The notes: generated by a model from the sequence alone, not told the origin. Positions 50,759 through 61,480 are shown, counted from the first letter of the stretch. The stretch: DNA of 64,000 nucleotides from Endomicrobiales bacterium (GCA_963796955.1 CAWCNJ010000006.1:1-64000); one strand, 5' to 3'. Program-made: numbers and translations.

Positions 50759-51257
50759 TATCCGACCCGCGTTCTAATTTTCTAACCGGCGATCTTTCAT
50801 ACACAGATAAAATGACCCCGGCATTTAAAAGCAGAAGGCCGGCAAAGACCAGCGGCATTCCAGGATCTTTCACCACGTCAATGCCGGACCAGGACGGATC
50901 CTGCGGATCATACGAGGCCTGATAAAAAGAATATCCCTTATAAGAAACAGGATGGTTTACCGTTAAAACACGTGACTGTTCCGGGAAGCCTTTATCCGTT
51001 ATTCTCAGCGAGCTCTTAAAGTTGTCGATCGAGCCGTTGGGGGCCTTGTCGATCTTGAAATCTTCCAGGAATATTGTAAAGCCCAGACCCTTCGTCACCA
51101 TGCCGTCGCGGTATCTGTCGCTTCCTGTTCCGGCGCGCAGGAAGACCGTGCCGCGCTCGCGCAGGCAGTACGTCCACAAACCGCCCGTTATCAAAACAAC
51201 AACGGCAGCATGGCTGACTATTTTCCCCAGGGTGCTTCCCGTACGGATATCGGTCAT
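50751..51257 (-). CDS. resB: Short cytochrome c biogenesis ResB/Ccs1-like protein
   Basis: SH..V.LI.GG, VNHPVSYKGYSFYQASY, DPG; overlaps the ccsA start. Confidence 0.8.
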   Translation of the reverse strand: MTDIRTGSTLGKIVSHAAVVVLITGGLWTYCLRERGTVFLRAGTGSDRYRDGMVTKGLGFTIFLEDFKIDKAPNGSIDNFKSSLRITDKGFPEQSRVLTVNHPVSYKGYSFYQASYDPQDPSWSGIDVVKDPGMPLVFAGLLLLNAGVILSVYERSPVRKLERGSDNA

Positions 51258-51386
51258 AGGGCTATAGTAACAATAAGGAAGCCTTTTTCCCGTAGCGTGT
51301 TTCTTCTTGGGGCAGACTTTTTTCTCCCCTTGCGGGGAAAAGAGGGGGGAGTTAGGATTAAGTGTAGTGCGGGTGGATTTGTAGGG

Positions 51387-53498
51387 TTAAAAACCGCTTT
51401 GTTCTTCGGTGCCTATCTGGTTCACCACGGGGGCATTTTCATCTTCTATGGGGGTGTTAACCTGTGACTCTTTGACTTCATTCGCCTTAAAATAATAATT
51501 CTTCGGCTCGCTGCCTTTTAAAAAAGATTCCAGGTACGCGCCCGGCGTGCGGCTGAGCGCCAGCAGCCCGGTCTTCGGGTCCACCAGAGTAAATACCACA
51601 TCTTCAGGCGGACTGAACTGCTGCACCGGTTCGCCCGCCAGCGCGCCCTTCATAAAATTAGTCCAGATCGGGCAGGAAATCTTTCCGCCCGTGTTTTTAT
51701 TGCCGAGCGGGGAATGGTCGTCATAGCCCACCCACACGCCTGCGACCAGCTGCGGTGTGTAGCCCATGAACCAGGCGTCCGTGAAATCATTCGTGGTGCC
51801 CGTTTTGCCGGCCGCCGGCCTGCCCAGCTCCAGCGCCGCCATACCGGTGCCGTGCAGCACAACGCCGTGCAAAAGGTTGGTCATAACAAAGCAGGTCTGC
51901 GGGGAAAGCACGCTGGATTCCGCCGGTGAATTTTCTTCCAGCACCCGGCCGTCCTTGTCTTCGACACGCACGATGGAATACGGTTCGGTGCGTATGCCCC
52001 CTGAATCCAGCACGGAATACGCCCCGACCATTTCCAGCAGTGTCACGTCGCTTGATCCCAGCGCGAGGGAAAGCGTATTCGTCAGGGAACTTTTAATACC
52101 CATACGGCGGGCGTAATCGATAGCCCGCATCGGCCCCACATCCCGCAGGATGCGTATGGCGCAGGCGTTCAGCGAGTGTTCCAGAGCCGATCTCAACAGC
52201 ACTTTCCCGAAATATTTTTTAGCGTAGTTTTCCGGAATCCACACCTTCATCGGATCCTTTAATTCGTCCGCGGTCAGGCGCGTAAGATACCCCGTGGCAT
52301 CCGGTTCCAGCCGCCAATCCCTGCCGTCGTTTACAAAGACCATCTGTGTGTCGTCTACCACCGAGACCGGCGTGAAGCCGTTCTCTATCGCCGCGGTGTA
52401 GATGAACGGCTTGAAAGAAGAGCCCGGCTGCCGTTTTGCCTGCACGGCGCGGTTGAACTGCGACAGCCTGAAATCCCTGCCGCCCACCATGGCGCGGATG
52501 CCCCCGGTCTTCGGGTCTATGGCGAGCAGGGCGCCCTGCACCGCCTGAAAAGTAGATTTATGGGTCGTGTAATATTCCATGCGTTCGCTATCGAAGGCCG
52601 TGAGCCCTTCGCCCATGGCTTTTTCAGCGGCCTTCTGGGCTTTCAGGTCCAGGGTCGTATAAATAGAAAGGCCGCCCTGATAGATCATTTTGCTGCCGTA
52701 CTTCGGTTCCAGCTGCAGGCGCACCTGTTCAATAAAATACGGCGCGATAGCGGTGGGTATGGCCACTTTTTCAGAGATTATGGGGTAACTGTTCGCCGCC
52801 TTCTCCTCGTCGGCTTTAATATAGCCGAGCGAGCGCATGCGCATAAGCACGGTAGCGCGACGGCTGCGGGCGCGTTCGGCGTTATTGAACGGCGAATAAT
52901 AATTCGGCGCTCTCGGCAGGCCGGCGATCATGGCGCATTCGGCCAGGTTCAGGTCTTTAACATGCTTCGCGAAATAAATGCGCGCGGCCGATTCAACGCC
53001 GTAGGCGCCCGCGCCGAAATAGATCTGGTTAAGATAGAGCTGCAGTATTTCTTCTTTTGAGTAATTGCGTTCCAGCTGCAGGGTAAGCAGGACTTCTTTA
53101 ACTTTGCGGGACAGTGTTTTCTCGGACGTAAGGAATATTGTTTTGGCCAGCTGCTGGGTTATGGTGGAGCCGCCCTGCGCCGCCCGGTGCTTAACGATAT
53201 TGTTGAAGGCCGCCCGGATTATCCCTTTCGGCGAAATGCCCCAATGCTTGAAGAAATCCGCATCCTCGGTAGCTATCACGGCGTTTTGCAGATCCACCGG
53301 GATCTCTTTGAGCGGTGTCAGGGACCTTCTCTCAGTGAAGAGCTCGGTTATCAGCTGCCCTTTACAGTCGTATATTTTTGTAACAAGCGAAGGGGTGTAA
53401 TCCTCCAGCTTGTTGACAGAAGGAAGTTCTATGGAGCCTGCCGGAAGGATGCATTGGAACAACAGGGCTGCGGTGAGCAACGCGCGTAATATATTCAT
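51387..53498 (-). CDS. mrcA: Penicillin-binding protein 1A (transglycosylase/transpeptidase)
   Basis: EDADFFKH, GGSTITQQLAK, RQPGSSFKP, SLN, GKTGT. Start placed at ATG 53498. Confidence 0.95.
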   Translation of the reverse strand: MNILRALLTAALLFQCILPAGSIELPSVNKLEDYTPSLVTKIYDCKGQLITELFTERRSLTPLKEIPVDLQNAVIATEDADFFKHWGISPKGIIRAAFNNIVKHRAAQGGSTITQQLAKTIFLTSEKTLSRKVKEVLLTLQLERNYSKEEILQLYLNQIYFGAGAYGVESAARIYFAKHVKDLNLAECAMIAGLPRAPNYYSPFNNAERARSRRATVLMRMRSLGYIKADEEKAANSYPIISEKVAIPTAIAPYFIEQVRLQLEPKYGSKMIYQGGLSIYTTLDLKAQKAAEKAMGEGLTAFDSERMEYYTTHKSTFQAVQGALLAIDPKTGGIRAMVGGRDFRLSQFNRAVQAKRQPGSSFKPFIYTAAIENGFTPVSVVDDTQMVFVNDGRDWRLEPDATGYLTRLTADELKDPMKVWIPENYAKKYFGKVLLRSALEHSLNACAIRILRDVGPMRAIDYARRMGIKSSLTNTLSLALGSSDVTLLEMVGAYSVLDSGGIRTEPYSIVRVEDKDGRVLEENSPAESSVLSPQTCFVMTNLLHGVVLHGTGMAALELGRPAAGKTGTTNDFTDAWFMGYTPQLVAGVWVGYDDHSPLGNKNTGGKISCPIWTNFMKGALAGEPVQQFSPPEDVVFTLVDPKTGLLALSRTPGAYLESFLKGSEPKNYYFKANEVKESQVNTPIEDENAPVVNQIGTEEQSGF

Positions 53499-53504
53499 AT
53501 AATT

Positions 53505-53533
53505 ATTATACCGCAAAGCGGGGCGGTTGTCAA
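53505..53533 (-). promoter_or_regulatory. Sigma70-type promoter for the PBP1A gene (likely leaderless)
   Basis: Minus strand TTGACA-17-TATAAT with 6 nt between the -10 box and ATG. Confidence 0.8.
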
Positions 53534-53555
53534 AAAACTACGTATATTATATAAT
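53527..53555 (+). promoter_or_regulatory. Overlapping divergent sigma70-type promoter (likely leaderless)
   Basis: TTGTCA-17-TATAAT with 7 nt between the -10 box and ATG 53563. Confidence 0.75.
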
Positions 53556-53562
53556 TACTCCC

Positions 53563-55217
53563 ATGACGATAAAATTCACGGGACAACTATTATTGACGGT
53601 GTTGTTAGCGGGGGTGCTTTCGGCCTTCGGCGCCCCCGGGCCGCCGCACCGGCCGCTGCGCAAAAAAAATATGCGGTGCTGCTGGCCGATTTCGACGACG
53701 CGAACATTTCTACCGCCGCTATCAGGACTTTAGAAAGTCTTCCTTCTTTAAAAATAGCCGCCGTGTCGCGCGGCGCGGGAACTTCCAAATATGGGAAAGA
53801 AATGGAAACACTCGTTAAGGCGGGTCGTATCGAACCGGTGGTCTCCCTGACGGACGAGCCGGCGCTGCCGCTGATCTATGAATTCTCCACTTCAACGTCA
53901 ACGGATTTGCGCTTCGCCTGGCCCGACGATGTGGCTGATATTGTGGCGCGCGGTCAGGAACGGGTACTGCAAATCTGGCCGAGATCACCAAAAGGATTGC
54001 TGTTGGAGACCGGCGCCCTGGACGCGAATATCATGCCGCTTTTGAAAGCGCTCGATATTTCCTGGGTGGCGCTGCCTGCCGAAACCGCCGAGCGGAACAA
54101 TGAGTTTCCCGCAGGAGCATTCGACGGATGCGCGGTACTGCGCTATCGCACCATTGATTCACCGGGCGGTTTGGCCGCGGGCATCCGCGGTTCGTCGGCA
54201 CCGGTAGAGGTCTATATGATCGCGCACGCCTCACGGCTGACGCGAACGGAATTCGGCGCCTATGCGCAAGCGCTGCATGGCGCCGGCGCGGAAGCCGTGC
54301 TGCCGTCAATGGTCCCGAAAGCGCTGCAGCCCGCGCTCGATGCAAAACAGATCTCCGCCGATCTAAGCCGTTACACCGCCCGCAAGGACCTCTGGAAAAA
54401 ACTGGCCGCGGCAAGAACGGAGATAGAAAATTATAAGAATTCCGGGAACGCACAGCCCAAGACGCTTGAGGCCGCGCGCACCGAGTTGTACCATCTCTAC
54501 GCTTCACCATTGATCATGGCGCCGCAGCGGGCGGTGACGCAGGAAGAGGAACAGGGATTCCAGGCGGGCTTGTTCAACGTCTATCAGCTGGCGGGCAGGC
54601 AAATGCCGGCGGACCTGAACAATGGCGCGCCCTCCACCGCCGAACTTTTTATCTCGAGCGCGTCGGGCCAGTACCTGGTAGAATGTTCCAGCTATAATTT
54701 TGTGTATCATAACCCGCCCCGGGCTGACGGCGGCCCGGCGATAGCCAGCTTTTCCATGCAGCTGAACGATGAGGAAGTTTCCTACGCCGTAGCGCTTACC
54801 GGGCCTGCCCTGCCGGCTACCGCCTATGTGGACGTCTACATGGACCTGAACAACAGGCGCGGCGCCGGTTCCACTACCATGCTGCTGCCGATGACGGACG
54901 GGTACCTTGATCCCGAGGATGCCTGGGAATTCGCTTTGCAGATCGGACACGCGCAGGCGGTGCTTTACCGTGCCGGCCGGTTCCAAAACGCGGTAGTCGC
55001 GACCTTCAAAACAAAGAAGCCTTTTGAGGTTTCCGTGCCGCGCTCCTTCCTTAAGGGTAACGCTTTGCGGTGGGGTTATCAGGCAGTACTGGTCTCACCT
55101 TCAACGCAAAAAGATATTTTCGATATCTCGGATTTTCTGGTGAAAAACGAAGTGCAGCGCCTCAAAGTACTGAAGAATAAACCGACGTATCTGCCGGCCG
55201 CCAGGGTAAATAAATGA
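53563..55217 (+). CDS. Exported protein with degenerate GH57-like region and C-terminal glucodextranase DOMON-like domain; apparent frameshift near 53630-53670
   Basis: The signal peptide from ATG 53563 is in a different frame from ORF 53676-55217. C-terminal YVDVYMD..RRGAG..L..AWEFAL motif. Confidence 0.6.
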
Positions 55218-55627
55218 AGAATGGGGACACGATGAAAGAAGCCTTCAAGGTGCTGGTGGCAGAAGACGACCGTCAAATGTCCGCGATATTTTGCGCCGTG
55301 CTTAAAAAACAGGGCTACGCGGTGGAAAGCGTTTTCGACGGCGCCGAAGCCTTGAAGGTGCTGAGATCCTGGAAACCTCATTTAGTGGTGTTGGATGTGA
55401 TGCTGCCGGTGGTAGATGGTTTTCATGTGTGCCAGACGGTCAACGAGGATCATTCGTTCGACCCGCGCCCGAAGATACTTATCGTTTCAGGCCGCGGCAG
55501 CGACTGGGACCAGAACCTGGGTGCGGCCTGCGGCGCCGAAGATTATCTGGTAAAACCTTTCAGCAACCAGTATTTTTTGGATAAGGTTAAGGGTATTGCA
55601 GCCGCACGATCAGACGGATCCGTCTGA
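55214..55627 (+). CDS. Single-domain response regulator (receiver)
   Basis: VAEDD, LDVMLP, YLVKPF. Confidence 0.92.
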   Translation: MKNGDTMKEAFKVLVAEDDRQMSAIFCAVLKKQGYAVESVFDGAEALKVLRSWKPHLVVLDVMLPVVDGFHVCQTVNEDHSFDPRPKILIVSGRGSDWDQNLGAACGAEDYLVKPFSNQYFLDKVKGIAAARSDGSV

Positions 55628-55647
55628 TCAGACCGATCGGTCGGATC
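55608..55647. repeat. Palindromic nonamer array between convergent genes (possible bidirectional terminator)
   Basis: GATCAGACG GATCCGTCT GATCAGACC GATCGGTCG GATC. Confidence 0.7.
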
Positions 55648-55648
55648 T

Positions 55649-56560
55649 TTAAACATAACTGCTTTTAGGATTCTGTTTCGCTTTCCTCAGCTGGTCCTTG
55701 GCTTTTTCCAACGATTGCGCGTGATGGGTCACTTTTGCCGGATCTATCTGGGCGATACCCAGTGAGATCGTCATTAACGGGAATTGCTGTTCCCTGCCTT
55801 CGCCGTCCGTACCCCACAGATAGCCGCGCTTTCTCACATCCTCGTCGTATTGCTGCGGCACCAGCGCGTCAAAATCCCGTACCAGGCGTTCGGCTATGGC
55901 GTAGGCCTTGTTCGGCTGGCAGGCCAGCATAAAATCATCGGCGCCCATGTGCGCTATGAAATCCGACTTGGAGCCCAGCTCTGCGATGGCGCCGCGCAGG
56001 ATAACCGAGACCAGTTTAATAACGATGTCGCCGCGTTCGAACCCGTACTTCCCGTTGAAAGCGCGCAGGTTGTTAATGTCGGTATGCAGCAGCGCGAAGC
56101 TTTCTCCCGTTTCAAGACGCCGTTTGATCTCCGCCTCCATGGAAGTGTTGCCCGGCAACCCTGAGAGGGTGTTGGCGGCCCTGCTTTCCCGGGCACGGCG
56201 CAGCAGCCACTCGGAACGCGCGGTCAGCTCCAGCGGCTCGAAAGGTTTTCCCAGGTACTCATCGGCGCCCAGTTTTATGCCGGTGATCCGGTCTTTGGTT
56301 TTTGTCAGCGAGGTAAGGATTATAACGGGTGTCAGCCACAGGCCCGGGTTGTCCCGTATCTTTTCGCACACTTCAAAGCCTGTCATTTTCGGCATGTTGA
56401 CATCCAACACCACCAGATCCGGTTTTTCGGCAAGAGCCAGATTATAGGCCTCTTCTCCGTCGGACGCCGCGAGCACCGCGTACCCTTCCGTCTCGAACGT
56501 GAATTTCAACAGCTCTTGAACTTCCAGATCGTCATCCGCGATCAAAATGCGCGCTGGCAT
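55649..56560 (-). CDS. Response regulator with GGDEF-like domain (GADDF)
   Basis: Receiver domain, then LSGLPGN, DINNLRAFNGKYGFERGD, HMGADDF. Confidence 0.9.
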   Translation of the reverse strand: MPARILIADDDLEVQELLKFTFETEGYAVLAASDGEEAYNLALAEKPDLVVLDVNMPKMTGFEVCEKIRDNPGLWLTPVIILTSLTKTKDRITGIKLGADEYLGKPFEPLELTARSEWLLRRARESRAANTLSGLPGNTSMEAEIKRRLETGESFALLHTDINNLRAFNGKYGFERGDIVIKLVSVILRGAIAELGSKSDFIAHMGADDFMLACQPNKAYAIAERLVRDFDALVPQQYDEDVRKRGYLWGTDGEGREQQFPLMTISLGIAQIDPAKVTHHAQSLEKAKDQLRKAKQNPKSSYV

Positions 56561-56571
56561 GGCACGTCCTT

Positions 56572-58077
56572 TTAAAAAAGTATTAGTACGATAACACCGA
56601 CAATCACCGCGATCGAAAGAATGCCCAGGGATGTGGAGGCGAAAGATTCGCTCTTTTCTTTAAGCTTCTTTTCAATGGAGCCGGTATGGGTTTTGACGGC
56701 CGCGTTCTTTACCTTATAGACCGTCAGTCTGGTCTGGGAAACAACGCCGGCCCGGTTGCGCGCCGCAAAAACGATCTCGTTGGCGCCGTTCTCCGGGATA
56801 ATGGCCGATACAAAATGGCCGTTCTCGTCTATTACCGCCGGCTTATTGTTTATGGTCAGCGTTGTTCCCGGTTTGGTGGTACCTTCAATATGCACGAATT
56901 CCGTATCCACCTCATCCTGATCCTTAGGCGTCTCTATAACTATCTCAGGCGGCGCTGCGTCGATTATGAATTGCACTGCCACCGAGAATTTCCCTTCAAA
57001 ACCCATGTCATCTACATACGACAGCCGGTAAAAATAGGTTCCATCACCCAGGCCGTATTTCTGCGTGTCGATGCGGGCTTTGTCGGTGATCGGATTGACT
57101 TCATCCACCAGCACGGTATTGAAAGAAGAGCTGCTTGATATCTGTATGTGGTAGCGGTTCACTCCGGCCCGGGCGCCCAGCGACTTGCTTTTGCTTTTTG
57201 CCGGTCCTTCGACGGGCGCCGCATTCCTGACGGCCGGTTCCTTAACATTAAGTTCCAGATAATGGGATTTTACCGTCGTAACGCCGACCGTCGAATGCAA
57301 GTTCCCTCCGGCAGGCGCGTTGAGCTCCGTCATGTCCAGTTCCGGCGGCAGCTCTCTGGCCAGTGAAGGCGGCTGGCGAAAGCGCACTTCCGTACCGAAG
57401 CCTTTGTTGACGGTCACGGTACGTCCCTGGGCGGTTACGTCGACATTTCCCTCATAAACTTCGACGAGTGTGGTTTTATCCTCTTTTAACTTGGTGCGGA
57501 AATCGGGCCGCTCTCCGTGTGCCACGATCTTCGGGTCTACGACGGTATCGGCCGTCAGGACCTTTGTCTGCGAGGCGCGCACGCCGCCCGATAAAAGATC
57601 TATCTCTTCCCGGGATTTTTCAGGCCGGAGTATGATCAGGGAATTCTCGTCCAGCTGCAAAACTTCGCCGGAAGGGAACTTTACTTTCGCGCGCGATTCC
57701 TGCAGCGTGCGCAGACCGTCCTCGTTAAACAGGTCCATGTTCGTGGTGGCCGTTTTCCATTCGGCTTCCGATTTCCTGCGAAAGCGCACGTCGTTAAGCA
57801 CATACACCAGGTGGGCCGCCCTCAGCGTTTCCTTTATCAACAGCATGGGCACCACAAGTTTTACGCCCGGTAAAATAACATTCGGGTCGGAAGAGGTCAT
57901 CTTGTTGTATTTCAATATTTCCGGCCAGCGCTGAGGGTCTTTCAGGTAATAATTAGCCACGCTCCAGAGCGTCTGGCCTTCTTTAACGGTAATTTCCTGC
58001 AGCACCTCGGCGAATGCCGTCTGAACGGCAAATAGCGCGGCAATGCAAAGGATCATTATCTTTGATGTGCGGATCAT
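56572..58077 (-). CDS. Exported LysM + FecR-like + Ig-like domain protein
   Basis: VKEGQTLWSVA..Y...W LysM; FecR-like LRT..ESRA and VEVYEG; C-terminal TM. Confidence 0.85.
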   Translation of the reverse strand: MIRTSKIMILCIAALFAVQTAFAEVLQEITVKEGQTLWSVANYYLKDPQRWPEILKYNKMTSSDPNVILPGVKLVVPMLLIKETLRAAHLVYVLNDVRFRRKSEAEWKTATTNMDLFNEDGLRTLQESRAKVKFPSGEVLQLDENSLIILRPEKSREEIDLLSGGVRASQTKVLTADTVVDPKIVAHGERPDFRTKLKEDKTTLVEVYEGNVDVTAQGRTVTVNKGFGTEVRFRQPPSLARELPPELDMTELNAPAGGNLHSTVGVTTVKSHYLELNVKEPAVRNAAPVEGPAKSKSKSLGARAGVNRYHIQISSSSSFNTVLVDEVNPITDKARIDTQKYGLGDGTYFYRLSYVDDMGFEGKFSVAVQFIIDAAPPEIVIETPKDQDEVDTEFVHIEGTTKPGTTLTINNKPAVIDENGHFVSAIIPENGANEIVFAARNRAGVVSQTRLTVYKVKNAAVKTHTGSIEKKLKEKSESFASTSLGILSIAVIVGVIVLILF

Positions 58078-60218
58078 GCGTGGACCTCGGATTTCAGCAC
58101 TTCCTGTTTCAGGTTCTTCGGCAGTGTGAAAATGAATTTAGAGCCGGACCCCACGGTGGATTCGGCCCAGATCCTGCCGTTATGGGACTCTACGATGTAG
58201 CGGCAGATGGTAAGGCCAAGGCCGGTGCCGCCTTTGTGCTGGCCGGCTACCTGCTGATATTTGTCGAATATTTTTCCGATGTAGTCCGTCGGTATGCCCT
58301 CGCCGGTATCGGCGACGGTTGCCTGGATGATATCACCGGTATCTTCCAGTTTGATGGTTATGCTGCCCTCTTCAGGCGTAAATTTAAGGGCATTGCCCAC
58401 CAGGTTCGCGAGCACCCTTTCCAGCAGTTCGATATCCGCGTTTATCAGGGGCAGGTTCTCCGGCGCTTCCAGCAGCAGCTTCACGTTCTTGCGCATCGCC
58501 TGACCTTCAGCTACTTCTATGACCCTCTGAGAAAGCATTTTAAGGTCGGTCGGCGCCAGGCTTAACGCTTTGCGGCCGGATTCCATCTTCGCCACGTCCA
58601 GGATGTCGTTTATCAGGTTCAGCAGGCGGCTTGAGGCGCGGTCTATCGTCTCAAGCATTTTGTGCTGCTGCGCGGTGATGGGCCCCGCGACGCCGTCTAT
58701 AAGGAATCTCAGGAAGCCGCGAATGGAGGTCATGGGGTTGCGCAGGTCGTGCGTTATGGAATGCAGGAAATCATCTTTCATGCGGTCCAGCTCGCGCTCC
58801 AGGGTGATGTTATGCAGTACGGTGACGACGCCCAGTTTTTCGTTCTTCTCCGGCGTCAGCACCTCTTGCGATGAAACCGAATAAAAGCTGGCCATGCCGC
58901 TGACCGAAAGATCAACTTCCTTTACCAGATTTTTCGCGGGATTATCGATGACCTCTTTGAGCGCCGGTTTCATGGGTTCCGCGGTCACGAAGTCCCAGAT
59001 AGACTTGTTCTGCAGATCGCTGTTCGGCAGGTTCAGCAGCAGGCGGGCCGGTTCGTTGACCAGCTGTACCAGATCGTTCTTATCGGTCATGATAATACCG
59101 TCGGCGATAGAATAGATCAGCGCCTCGTTCTTGATCTTTTCCGCGGCGATCTTGTCTACCTGCATGGCATCGTACACCTGCAGGGCTTCGGTCATGGCGT
59201 TGAAGGTCTCGGCGAAATCGCGCAGCTCGTCGTGGGTCTTCACGGTGATACGGGCATTGAAATCGTTTTGCCCTACCCGTCGGGCGGCGTGCGTCAGGGC
59301 CACCAGGGGGTTGGTAAGCGTGCGGGCAATGAACAACGCCAGCAGCGCCGCGGCGAACAGGGAGATCAGCACCAGCAGGATCGCCTGCCGCGTCATCTGG
59401 CGCACGGAGATGTAGGCTTCGTCCTTGTCCTGCTGGATAACCACGCCCCAATGCAGACCGGTGACCGGCGCGTAGGCGCCTACCATCCATTTTTTAGTCT
59501 GCGGGTCCTGATATTCGCTGGAGCCCACGGTTACCGCTTTAACTACCTGCCCGACGATGGGCAGGTTCATGGCGTTCGTTTTTGCAATGGCAAGCTCAGT
59601 TTTGGGATGAGCGATAATGCGTCCCTTGCCGTCCACCAGAAAGCCGTAGCCGGTGGAGGCGATCTTTGTGCCCGCTATTTTGTTCCACAGGCTTTTAAGG
59701 GAGACGGTGGTATACAGGCACAGTTGTTTGGAAAAGGGATACACGATATTTATCTGGGGGTTTTGGCCTGCGAAATACACATCGCTGATAGAAGATTCCG
59801 TCGGTGATTGCCAGAATTTGACGAACGTGAGGTCCTGTTCGCGGGAAAGAAGCTTGGGGTCTTTCTCCAGATCGGGGTTGTAGGCCTTCATCAACTCCGC
59901 ACCTTTTGAGTCGACTATCGATATGGCGACGAGGTTTTCATTGGAATCCAGCATGGTTTGCAGCACGGCCTGCCGGTCGCTCCAGGCCATTTGTCCCGCA
60001 AGCGTTTTGTTAACGTAGCTTATCTCCCGGTCAAGTTCCTGCAGGTAGGAACGCACGTTGTCGGCCAGCGATGCCGCGAGATTCGTTTGCAGCTCAAGGA
60101 TGGCCGCCTGCATGCCTGTTTTGTTAATGATCGTGGTGCGCCATCCCACCACAATAGCAGGCAGCACGGCAAGCAATGTCAATATAAGAAAAAATTTGGG
60201 AAAAAGCCGGAGCTTCAT
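58074..60218 (-). CDS. Sensor histidine kinase (Cache-HAMP-PAS-HisKA-HATPase)
   Basis: THDLRNP, NLVGNALKF, DTGEG, GTGLGL. Confidence 0.95.
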   Translation of the reverse strand: MKLRLFPKFFLILTLLAVLPAIVVGWRTTIINKTGMQAAILELQTNLAASLADNVRSYLQELDREISYVNKTLAGQMAWSDRQAVLQTMLDSNENLVAISIVDSKGAELMKAYNPDLEKDPKLLSREQDLTFVKFWQSPTESSISDVYFAGQNPQINIVYPFSKQLCLYTTVSLKSLWNKIAGTKIASTGYGFLVDGKGRIIAHPKTELAIAKTNAMNLPIVGQVVKAVTVGSSEYQDPQTKKWMVGAYAPVTGLHWGVVIQQDKDEAYISVRQMTRQAILLVLISLFAAALLALFIARTLTNPLVALTHAARRVGQNDFNARITVKTHDELRDFAETFNAMTEALQVYDAMQVDKIAAEKIKNEALIYSIADGIIMTDKNDLVQLVNEPARLLLNLPNSDLQNKSIWDFVTAEPMKPALKEVIDNPAKNLVKEVDLSVSGMASFYSVSSQEVLTPEKNEKLGVVTVLHNITLERELDRMKDDFLHSITHDLRNPMTSIRGFLRFLIDGVAGPITAQQHKMLETIDRASSRLLNLINDILDVAKMESGRKALSLAPTDLKMLSQRVIEVAEGQAMRKNVKLLLEAPENLPLINADIELLERVLANLVGNALKFTPEEGSITIKLEDTGDIIQATVADTGEGIPTDYIGKIFDKYQQVAGQHKGGTGLGLTICRYIVESHNGRIWAESTVGSGSKFIFTLPKNLKQEVLKSEVHA

Positions 60219-60259
60219 GTACTAAGTCTAGGGGAAAAGCGCACTAAAGTCAACGAGTT

Positions 60260-61420
60260 TTACTTCTGCTTTAAAAGGGAAAGCTGGGTGAGAGTCGTTT
60301 GCAAGGTTTGCTTGAACGCTTCCATTTCGGTTTTCGCTACGCTTTCGGAGGCTGGGAACTTCATGGCGAGATAATTAAAAAAATGGCCGTTCAACGAGAT
60401 GCGAAAATCAAGATGGGGGCCGGTGGCAAGGCCGGTCATGCCGACAAAACCGATCAGCTGGCCCTGTTGCACCCGGGCACCCCTGTGGATCCCGTGGGCG
60501 TAGCCGTTCAGGTGGCCATAGCAGGTATTGTAGCCGTTGGCGTGTTTCAGTTCTATGAAATTCCCAAAGCCGCCTTTTCTGCCGGCATACATGACCACGC
60601 CGCTGGCGACCGCTGAAACAGGCGTGCCTTTCGGGGCGGCGTAATCTATGCCCAGGTGCGGCCTGAAATATTTCAGCACAGGATGAAAGCGGCGCAGCGT
60701 GAAAAAAGAGCTGATGCGGCGGAACTGCAGCGGCGCGCGCAGGAAGGCTTTACGCAAGGACTCGCCTTCGGGTGTGTAATAATCGGTCTTGCCGGAAGGA
60801 TGAAGGAACAATACCGCGGTATGTTCATGGCCGGAGGCTATGTATTGGGCGCCGGTTATCGCGCCGTTCAGCGTCTGGCCGTCGTCGGCGACCTGTTGTT
60901 CCCATAGTATGCGGAATGTGTCGCCCGCGCGGGGCTCGGTCAGAAAGTCCACCTGCCAGGCAAAAATATCGGTAAAATTCATTATTACGTCAGGGGTTAT
61001 CCCGCGGGAAGCCATGCCTTCCCACAACGTGCCTTTTATGGTGCCCTGCGCTGAACGCACTACTGTTTTGAAAGGTTTTGTTTTCTTCCTGGCCGTGATC
61101 ATACTGTCGGTGGACTTTCTGACCTCATAAAAATCCATCTTGCTCTGATGATAGGTAAAGCGTTCCCAGTGGGACGCGGTGTCGGTTACCAGCTCATAGG
61201 CATCGCCGGCGCGGCAATAGCGGGGATCAAATACCGTGCTGAAGTGCTTAACGATCTCGGCGCTTTCGCCATTGCCGAGGCCGGTATTTTCCAGGCTCTC
61301 GCCAAGCGTTTCGCCGTTATCGAGCGTATAATGTTTGGATACCGTTGTCGGTGTTTCAGTTTTTTTATGGCAGGCGGTGCAGGCAAAAACGATAATGAAC
61401 AGCAGGGCAACTTTCTTCAT
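60260..61420 (-). CDS. M23 family peptidoglycan endopeptidase (MepM-like lipoprotein)
   Basis: HLGIDY, YGHL, TGPHLDF; lipobox-like CTAC. Confidence 0.92.
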   Translation of the reverse strand: MKKVALLFIIVFACTACHKKTETPTTVSKHYTLDNGETLGESLENTGLGNGESAEIVKHFSTVFDPRYCRAGDAYELVTDTASHWERFTYHQSKMDFYEVRKSTDSMITARKKTKPFKTVVRSAQGTIKGTLWEGMASRGITPDVIMNFTDIFAWQVDFLTEPRAGDTFRILWEQQVADDGQTLNGAITGAQYIASGHEHTAVLFLHPSGKTDYYTPEGESLRKAFLRAPLQFRRISSFFTLRRFHPVLKYFRPHLGIDYAAPKGTPVSAVASGVVMYAGRKGGFGNFIELKHANGYNTCYGHLNGYAHGIHRGARVQQGQLIGFVGMTGLATGPHLDFRISLNGHFFNYLAMKFPASESVAKTEMEAFKQTLQTTLTQLSLLKQK

Positions 61421-61450
61421 GCTCACGTATTGTATCATTTAAGCCCTATT

Positions 61451-61480
61451 TTGACAAACACCTTCGAGATTTGATAGCAT
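61451..61480 (+). promoter_or_regulatory. Probable sigma70 promoter
   Basis: TTGACA-18-TAGCAT with extended TG. Confidence 0.6.
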
